In this document: one piece after another, positions 23,256-29,651 of the stretch
Layout of the letters: each line of letters opens with the position of its first letter
How positions within the stretch are numbered: the first letter of the stretch is position 1
Source of the DNA: a virus
Lineage: Duplodnaviria; Caudoviricetes
IMG/VR virus record: IMGVR_UViG_3300048693_000171
Span: 1 to 29,651 of that record
Strand: one strand, 5' to 3'
Length of the DNA stretch: 29,651 nucleotides
The notes under the pieces: model-generated
Told to the model about the DNA's origin: nothing
Database searches by the model: none
The model's input: only the letters and a program-made list of their open reading frames with translations
Position numbers and translations under genes: made by a program

Positions 23256-23591
23256 ATGACAAAAGAACTCGGTAAAATTGAAAAGGTATATTTCGGATAT
23301 GGTGGATACCAAGATATGCAATTTGGTCTTACTGTTGTATTAAGTTTTGATGGAAAAGGATGTGTTGATTTTATTGAGGGGGGATGGAGCGAAGATATTT
23401 GGGTAGATCAATATACTAAATGGACAGAAAAAGATCGTCAAATACAAAGAGCAGAGATGGTCAAAAAGATTAATAAGTTACTAAAAGATGCTAAAGTCAA
23501 AACTATTGATGAACTTCAAGGCAAACCAATAGAAATTATTAATGAAGGACTCAAACTTAAAAGTTGGAGAATTCTTACGGAAGTATTATGA
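23256..23591 (+). CDS. conserved phage hypothetical protein
   Basis: GKIxxVxFGxGGYQD..SWRILTEVL. Confidence 0.75.
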   Translation: MTKELGKIEKVYFGYGGYQDMQFGLTVVLSFDGKGCVDFIEGGWSEDIWVDQYTKWTEKDRQIQRAEMVKKINKLLKDAKVKTIDELQGKPIEIINEGLKLKSWRILTEVL

Positions 23592-23791
23592 CTAATGAAG
23601 AATTTTTAGATAAACTACGAATTTTAGTAGTAGACTATGATAGGGATCATAGAGAATATCCAGAAAGTGAATTTGAGGGTCTTGCATTTTATTCCCACGT
23701 TCTGTATGCTTTAGGAATCGAAGATGATTCTGAAACTATAGAAAACAAATATCCAGATATTTATAAAAGAAAACTTCATTATTATGAGTGA
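23588..23791 (+). CDS. hypothetical protein
   Basis: ATGA overlap. Confidence 0.65.
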   Translation: MTNEEFLDKLRILVVDYDRDHREYPESEFEGLAFYSHVLYALGIEDDSETIENKYPDIYKRKLHYYE

Positions 23792-24209
23792 TATTGATAC
23801 AAAATGTGTTAATCCTAATGCCCCTACTGAAAAATGCGTTGTTTGTGAGGAAACCATTCATACCTGTGAAAGAGAAAATAGTGTGAATGATAGTTATCTT
23901 TGTCCCGTCAAGAGCCATAATAATGGGGTGGAATCTGTTGGTGGCCTTTGGGTTTGTAATGATTGTCAAGATGAATTTCTAACAGATCACAGAAAATGGT
24001 ATGATAATATTGAAATAAAGTGGTTTCATCCATTCAATTTTGTTGGCATAAAAAAACCAAAGTTTGAACATCCTAGTGATGATCTTTATCAATGGGGCTT
24101 TAGCCTCGACTTAACTACCGAAATATATTATTATACTTATGATTGGGGCTATGGCTTTAATTTTCGCGTTTTGGGATTTGGATTTGAAATAGTAAAGGTG
24201 GGTAAATGA
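23784..24209 (+). CDS. hypothetical protein with CxxC motifs
   Basis: operon packing. Confidence 0.7.
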   Translation: MSDIDTKCVNPNAPTEKCVVCEETIHTCERENSVNDSYLCPVKSHNNGVESVGGLWVCNDCQDEFLTDHRKWYDNIEIKWFHPFNFVGIKKPKFEHPSDDLYQWGFSLDLTTEIYYYTYDWGYGFNFRVLGFGFEIVKVGK

Positions 24210-24535
24210 CATTTAAAAAATTTGTTGACAATATTGAGAATATTTATGCGGATCAAGGTGATAAACCTAAGTCTGAACGATTAAGGTATGGTCAAATTAT
24301 AATGATGGAATTATGGGATGTCTGGCCGAAAAAATACCATGAAATTGCGGGATCAGATAAAGACCCGTTTTATTCTGATATAATCCACAAAAAACCATAT
24401 GATCTTTTAAGTGAATTGGAAAAAGAATGGCCCGTTTTTCCTGACCAGCGAAATAAACAGAATCATGATGTTCATTCTCCAGAACAAATTAGAATTCAAC
24501 GACTAGAAAAAAAAGATCAAGAAACTTCAAAATAG
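24206..24535 (+). CDS. hypothetical protein, paralog of 25711; probably continues to 24848 through an A8 frameshift
   Basis: LRYGQIIM..VWP motif; +1 frame open 24512-24848. Confidence 0.7.
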   Translation: MTFKKFVDNIENIYADQGDKPKSERLRYGQIIMMELWDVWPKKYHEIAGSDKDPFYSDIIHKKPYDLLSELEKEWPVFPDQRNKQNHDVHSPEQIRIQRLEKKDQETSK

Positions 24536-24840
24536 TAACAAGAGACACAGAAAAAATCTAGAATTTTATAAGCGTATTGTTAGAGATTTTCCTTGGATTG
24601 AGCCTACTTCTCAAACTAGAAAAGAAAATATCGAACTAACAAACGAACTTAGACTAAAAGGCTGGACGATCAAAGGATTAAAACACGATTTGGAATATCT
24701 TGACAATCAGATCACAGATGATATGATTACGACTATAGAGCAATCCAATGCTGTTTATGATCCTTTAGTAGCACAAGTGATCAAAATTGTCAAAAATATT
24801 AAACGAGGAATTAATTTATATCAAATCAGAAAGGACAAAA

Positions 24841-25053
24841 ATGAATGATTTACCACAAGTATCAGTAATGAGTTTAAAGCCAGAGGATGTATTAGTATTT
24901 TCTACTGTGGATAAACTAAGTGCTGAGGTTTATCACAGAGTTGAACAAAAGATTATTCAATGGAAAAAAGATTGTAATATCCATAATAAACATTTACTAT
25001 TAACCTCAGCAATAGAACTAAAGGTATTAAGACAAGAAGAGGTAGAGTCATGA
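24841..25053 (+). CDS. hypothetical protein
   Basis: AAGGA RBS; start MNDLPQ. Confidence 0.7.
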   Translation: MNDLPQVSVMSLKPEDVLVFSTVDKLSAEVYHRVEQKIIQWKKDCNIHNKHLLLTSAIELKVLRQEEVES

Positions 25054-25415
25054 GTTTTTTAAAGGGCTTTTTAAGCCTATTTGATTGGATGTTTCCGCCC
25101 AAAAGTTATCAAGAACTCACTGATGATCTTGACAATAAAATGCAAGACCTATATGATAGGTGCGGCTGGGGCAAATATAATAATCCACTAAAAGGTTATC
25201 AAAATGCTGTAGATATAAATAGAGTTTTAGAGGCCGATATTAGTTATTCTATTCATTCAGTATATACTGATGAAAATGGTGATATAGTTAATATATCTGA
25301 AAAACCATCATATACTATTGGCGACGATACTGAGAGTCTAAAATGGCAACTACAAAGAATGACTGAGGCTTGTAATAAGCCAGTTATAGACTATAATACT
25401 GGTGAGCAACTATGA
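25050..25415 (+). CDS. hypothetical chimeric protein
   Basis: GAGGT RBS; C-terminal half matches 20135 ORF. Confidence 0.75.
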   Translation: MSFLKGFLSLFDWMFPPKSYQELTDDLDNKMQDLYDRCGWGKYNNPLKGYQNAVDINRVLEADISYSIHSVYTDENGDIVNISEKPSYTIGDDTESLKWQLQRMTEACNKPVIDYNTGEQL

Positions 25416-25711
25416 AAGGCCCGTTGATTTATTACGAGATCAAAGATATGTATGGTAGTGATTTGAGTAGCACCAAACTCGCTACTGAATTACGAAAAAG
25501 TATACTTGAAGAAATTGATCTTGGCTTTAATGTTGAGATTGATTTTAAAGATGTCCGCTCATTAAGTAGCGGATGGACACGAAATGCTTTCGGAGTTATT
25601 GTAAAAACAAATGGTGAAACCTTTTTTAAGAACCATATTCTGCTGAGTAATATGAGTAAAAGCGTTAGGAAAAGCGTTTTAGAAGAAATTGGGGAGGTGC
25701 TGAAAGTATAA
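25412..25711 (+). CDS. STAS-like DUF4325 protein
   Basis: VxIDFxxVxxxSSxxxxxAFG motif. Confidence 0.75.
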   Translation: MKGPLIYYEIKDMYGSDLSSTKLATELRKSILEEIDLGFNVEIDFKDVRSLSSGWTRNAFGVIVKTNGETFFKNHILLSNMSKSVRKSVLEEIGEVLKV

Positions 25712-25926
25712 TGATTATATTTAATGAATTTCTAAAAAAAGTAGACAATACATATAATGATCATTCTTTTGTGTTACGATATGGTCAAATCATAATGAAT
25801 ACTCTATATGAAGTTTGGCCGGAAAAACATAAACAAATTACTGGTGGACAATACGATTGTTTTTATGATGATGGTGCAGTAAAATATACTCTTGATCTTT
25901 TAGAAAAGTCGTGGCCCAATGAATAA
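25711..25926 (+). CDS. hypothetical protein, paralog of 24206
   Basis: GGAGGT RBS; LRYGQIIM. Confidence 0.75.
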   Translation: MIIFNEFLKKVDNTYNDHSFVLRYGQIIMNTLYEVWPEKHKQITGGQYDCFYDDGAVKYTLDLLEKSWPNE

Positions 25927-26128
25927 ACAACTATGCGATAATATTATGCTTTTTGGCAATAGTGTGGCTGAATATCTACGAATGGAATACGATCCCGTAT
26001 ACTATGAGAAATTCAATAGTAAAAATCTCCATATGTTTGATTTCATAGGCGGTTATTATATGGGAGGAAATAATGTACCAGATACAGCAAGATATGTCGT
26101 GGAATCAATGAACAATGGAAACCTCTGA
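25919..26128 (+). CDS. hypothetical protein
   Basis: operon packing. Confidence 0.65.
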   Translation: MNKQLCDNIMLFGNSVAEYLRMEYDPVYYEKFNSKNLHMFDFIGGYYMGGNNVPDTARYVVESMNNGNL

Positions 26129-26238
26129 ATCAATAGACGAATTACCTATTTATGGTTTAGAACTTAATGATGGAATTGACGCCCCATTTGCTTATTTGTA
26201 TCTTGATCTTTTTCCAGAACTCTATGAGGTAGAATAAC

Positions 26239-26787
26239 ATGGAATGTGCTACTATAATAAATGATATTAAGCCAATTATAATTGATAATCATATTATTGA
26301 AGGATATAGTATATCCAAGGATGGAATAGTTTATTCTCATTATAAACGTACAGTTATGGATGAAAATGGTCGCCGTAATAAAATGATAATAGACTATAAT
26401 CATCGTAAACCATTAAAAACAAGAGTTATTAGTGGATATTTATCGGTTGAAATAGGTTTTCTGCCAGGAAAATTAGATTATAAATACAGAAAGATGAAAG
26501 GCAGCGATAAACAACATAAAACTTGCAGAATTCATCAACTGGTAATGGACGCCTGGAAACCATTTGCCCAATACTTACCCAAAGGTATTTCCAGATCAGA
26601 CTATAATAAAACGCCAAAGTCTATTCAAGAATTATTGCCAAGATTATTTTTTATTAATCATAAAGATCATAATAAACTTAATAATCATATTGATAACTTA
26701 GAAAGAGTAACGCCAAGAGAGAATACTAGAAAAGCCAAAAAACATTACAATGGTAATTTTGCTAATACCAACAATAAACAATGCTAA
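26239..26787 (+). CDS. HNH endonuclease (HNH_3/NUMOD4-type, putative homing endonuclease)
   Basis: GYSISxxGxV; IHQLV..INHKDxNKxNNxxDNLExVTxxEN. Confidence 0.88.
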   Translation: MECATIINDIKPIIIDNHIIEGYSISKDGIVYSHYKRTVMDENGRRNKMIIDYNHRKPLKTRVISGYLSVEIGFLPGKLDYKYRKMKGSDKQHKTCRIHQLVMDAWKPFAQYLPKGISRSDYNKTPKSIQELLPRLFFINHKDHNKLNNHIDNLERVTPRENTRKAKKHYNGNFANTNNKQC

Positions 26788-27404
26788 AACTAAAAAAACA
26801 ACCCTATAATAGTGTTTGGATTAGTGCTGACTCTCAAAAAGAGTTAGGAGAAACTTTTATTCGCTTTCAAGAATACTATGAAAGTCCTAGCAGAAAATAT
26901 CGTAATAAAATATTTACGCTTGGAGATATTAAAAATTATTATAGTTTACAATATGGTGCTGATTTGTATACTGATCTATGGATAGGATTTAACTTTCCTA
27001 GTTCTGTTTTAATTCCTTTTAAACAAGGATTGTTTGATCCATTGACCTCTCCAGAAGAAGAACTACTTGGATCTCTTAAATATAGACACGATAATTTCTA
27101 TATTATAGGCGCACAAAATAATAGTACCCTAAGACACGAACTATCTCATGCTCTATATGGTTTTAATACAAAATATAAAAACGAGATAGATAGTCTAATT
27201 AAAAAATATCATAAAGATTTTGCTAAAGTTTCACAATATATTCTTAAAAAAGGCTATGACAAGAGTGTGCTAAATGATGAACTTCAAGCATATATTACAG
27301 ACAATGACGATGAGTTTATACGAAATAATTTAAACCCTAATAGAATCAATGATATATTTTCTATCTATAAGAGGTACAGAAAACATGATACAAAACTGGG
27401 ATGA
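26781..27404 (+). CDS. hypothetical protein with HExxH motif
   Basis: LRHELSHALY plus downstream DE; RFQEYYESP. Confidence 0.75.
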   Translation: MLKLKKQPYNSVWISADSQKELGETFIRFQEYYESPSRKYRNKIFTLGDIKNYYSLQYGADLYTDLWIGFNFPSSVLIPFKQGLFDPLTSPEEELLGSLKYRHDNFYIIGAQNNSTLRHELSHALYGFNTKYKNEIDSLIKKYHKDFAKVSQYILKKGYDKSVLNDELQAYITDNDDEFIRNNLNPNRINDIFSIYKRYRKHDTKLG

Positions 27405-27579
27405 ACTAGGAGATGAAGAAAAATCTTTTGATGCTTGGTTTGTTCAAAATAATGCTGAGTTATACAAAGAGATTGATGCCAGAATTATAGATTTGCTTAA
27501 AACTACATATATGCAGGGATATGCTGCGGGATTTAGTCATAAACAACAAGTTAATGCTATGGAGCAATTACAAAAATGA
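27385..27579 (+). CDS. hypothetical protein
   Basis: GAGGT RBS; start MIQNW. Confidence 0.65.
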   Translation: MIQNWDELGDEEKSFDAWFVQNNAELYKEIDARIIDLLKTTYMQGYAAGFSHKQQVNAMEQLQK

Positions 27580-27842
27580 GTTGGGATGGCAAGTTTAAAT
27601 ATGAGCCTATGAGTCCAGATAAAGTTAAACTTATTATGGACGCATACAAAAACGATTACGTTTATAATTATATAATGGAACTTTATGAATTAATTAATTA
27701 TCAAAAAGATATTATCAATAAACAGAGAGTTGAAATTATAGCACTAAAACATAAAGAAGCATGGCAAAGATATGATAAAAATAACCCTTCCGTAACACAA
27801 ACGCTTGACAAACCCAAACGATCTGATACAATGGGTTGTTAA
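27576..27842 (+). CDS. hypothetical protein
   Basis: ATGA overlap. Confidence 0.65.
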   Translation: MSWDGKFKYEPMSPDKVKLIMDAYKNDYVYNYIMELYELINYQKDIINKQRVEIIALKHKEAWQRYDKNNPSVTQTLDKPKRSDTMGC

Positions 27843-27844
27843 CT

Positions 27845-28111
27845 ATGTTTAAGATTAGTGAAATCAAGAGTTGGGCCAAAACTTGGGGATACTCTATAAA
27901 AAAAGAGAAGGATGACACAGTTAACGGAGCAAGTTATTATTGGATGAAGGATGATGATCCTTCTGTTTGTGGAGTTGCTCTTAGTGTTAGCAAAGTAGCA
28001 ACCGCTATTTTTAATCACTTAACAAACGACAAATGGATTGACCATCAAAAACAATACCAAGAAACCAAAAAGGAAGAGAAACATTTCTCAGTAAGCGACT
28101 ATGGAAGTTAA
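27845..28111 (+). CDS. hypothetical protein
   Basis: follows promoter-like TTGACA/TACAAT at about 27805-27832. Confidence 0.7.
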   Translation: MFKISEIKSWAKTWGYSIKKEKDDTVNGASYYWMKDDDPSVCGVALSVSKVATAIFNHLTNDKWIDHQKQYQETKKEEKHFSVSDYGS

Positions 28112-28754
28112 ACTAATTAGTGTTACTCCAGATGCCGAAAAAACAATCGCATATTGTGCGAGAGTCAGCAACCCCAATAATCAAGATAATAGTAATATAT
28201 CTAGACTATTAAAATATTGTATAGACCACAAACACTGGTCAATATTTGAAATGTCTCATCTTACTCTCCAAATTGATACAACAAGAGGTTTGGCGGCACA
28301 AATTTTACGTCACAGAAGTTTCAATTTTCAAGAATTTAGCCAGCGTTATGCCGATACTACATTATTGGCAGACGATATTCCTCTGTTTGAATTGCGTAGC
28401 CAAGATAATAAAAATAGACAAAATAGTATTGATAATGTTTCGGCTGAGATTAAATCTAAATGGACTATGCAAATTCGTGAACACTTTGCCAAGGCCAAAG
28501 TTTTATATGACGGTATGATAGCGGACGGTATTGCTAAAGAATGTGCCAGATTTATTCTACCACTGGCAACACCAACCAGACTTTATATGAGCGGAACTTT
28601 ACGCTCATGGATTACATACATAGCACTCAGAGAAAAAAACGGAACACAAAAAGAACATATGGTTATTGCCAAAGAATGTAAAAAGATTTTTTGTGAACAA
28701 TTTCCACTTATCTCTGAATCTCTTGGTGGATTTGAAAAAGATTGGAACATATAA
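28101..28754 (+). CDS. thyX: FAD-dependent thymidylate synthase
   Basis: RHRSFNFQEFSQRY ThyX signature; ARVS, HxSxFE and ExARxxLP motifs. Confidence 0.97.
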   Translation: MEVKLISVTPDAEKTIAYCARVSNPNNQDNSNISRLLKYCIDHKHWSIFEMSHLTLQIDTTRGLAAQILRHRSFNFQEFSQRYADTTLLADDIPLFELRSQDNKNRQNSIDNVSAEIKSKWTMQIREHFAKAKVLYDGMIADGIAKECARFILPLATPTRLYMSGTLRSWITYIALREKNGTQKEHMVIAKECKKIFCEQFPLISESLGGFEKDWNI

Positions 28755-28942
28755 TGAAAACATTTAATATTACCGCACAAGTTTATGATAAACAGGATAA
28801 GTATAAACAAACTATTCTAATTAATGATGTTATTACAGCAAACTCCAAAGAGTCTGCTATTACTGAATTTTATGATTCTCTATTAACATATAATATATTA
28901 AAAATTTATAGTGTTGAAGAAATCTCTCAAGTCGCCTCTTGA
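28754..28942 (+). CDS. hypothetical protein
   Basis: TAATG coupling. Confidence 0.6.
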   Translation: MKTFNITAQVYDKQDKYKQTILINDVITANSKESAITEFYDSLLTYNILKIYSVEEISQVAS

Positions 28943-28966
28943 CTTTTGACGATAGTGTTGTATACT
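28939..28966 (+). promoter_or_regulatory. CCGATA-type promoter variant (ACGATA)
   Basis: TTGACT(28939)-ACGATA(28949)-TATACT(28961); AAGGAG follows. Confidence 0.7.
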
Positions 28967-28983
28967 GGTGACAAGGAGATTCT

Positions 28984-29651
28984 ATGAATAAGTTCGGCCT
29001 CTGCTGTATCAGTCTTAAACTAAAAGAGCAAGGTTTTGCTCACCAAACTATGACGTTTAAGCGTTTTAATAGTTTGCCAAGAGAAGAGGCTCTAAGTATT
29101 CTAGGAGATAGAATTCTTAATAATCTTCAAACCACTAATGAAACAATCAAATTTTGTGGAATTAATAATTATGTTTACAGAGTTAGTAGTGATATTTTTC
29201 CTCTCATTACTTATGACGAGGCTAATGTTTCATTAGAAGATTTGCCGAATCATGATCTTATTCAAGATGAGTTTGATAGTATTGAACAAACAATTAAGAA
29301 TACTGGTGTTAGAGTTTCTGCCCATCCTAGTGAATTTAATGTGTTAGCATCAACTAATCAAAAAGCAGTTGACAAAACTATTACTGAACTTAATTTTTAT
29401 AGTAGTTTTTTTGATCGTATTGGTCTCCCGTCAAATTATAATGCACCCATGAATATGCATGTGCATAATAAAAATGGTGAGTATAAGGAAATTGTAGATA
29501 GATTTAAGCGTAATTTTAATAGACTTGATGATAATTGTAAGGCCCGTCTTGTCATAGAAAATGATGATAAAATTAACTGCTGGAGTGTAAGAGAACTTAT
29601 CACGCATTTTCATGCTCATACAAATATCCCAATTACCTTCGATTATCTGCA
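28984..29651 (+). CDS. uvsE: UV-damage endonuclease UvsE/UvdE, truncated by window end
   Basis: manual translation MNKFGLCCIS..YRVSSDIFP..SAHPSEFNVL..RLVIENDDK..PITFDYL. Confidence 0.92.
   Translation, partial: MNKFGLCCISLKLKEQGFAHQTMTFKRFNSLPREEALSILGDRILNNLQTTNETIKFCGINNYVYRVSSDIFPLITYDEANVSLEDLPNHDLIQDEFDSIEQTIKNTGVRVSAHPSEFNVLASTNQKAVDKTITELNFYSSFFDRIGLPSNYNAPMNMHVHNKNGEYKEIVDRFKRNFNRLDDNCKARLVIENDDKINCWSVRELITHFHAHTNIPITFDYL

Noticed and set aside
1-29651. Stop-codon reassignment (alternative genetic code)
   Set aside because: Genes tile densely in code 11, TAA, TAG and TGA all end plausible ORFs, and no suppressor tRNA is seen

Overview
This window looks like part of a large tailed-phage genome; the host cannot be determined from it. 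It is densely packed, almost entirely + strand, with about 75 mostly small ORFs and no structural, integrase or CRISPR genes. Recognisable products are ThyX, a truncated UvsE UV endonuclease (absent from the ORF track), a DRB0094/Rnl2-type RNA ligase next to a HAD phosphatase, a metallophosphoesterase, a type I PRTase, a DUF932/TIGR03299 protein, a bL12 C-terminal-like protein, a kinase-like protein, an orphan Xre/MbcA/ParS antitoxin domain and four putative homing endonucleases. There are eight tRNA genes, including an unusual Ser(ACT) and a Trp with a mismatched acceptor stem, plus one tRNA-like element. The most striking unexplained structure is non-coding and lies in the first 11 kb. (i) Six copies of a 78-bp element: two 25-bp pseudo-palindromic boxes (YAA-N17-ACTTA) exactly 53 bp apart around a 28-bp GC-rich core, each followed by a promoter. 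(ii) A family of sigma70-like promoters with CCGATA in the spacer. (iii) Six copies of a second fixed-spacing motif, TTGT-N35-AGTCAG. (iv) Several candidate structured RNAs. All family calls come from motif recognition by eye; no searches were run.
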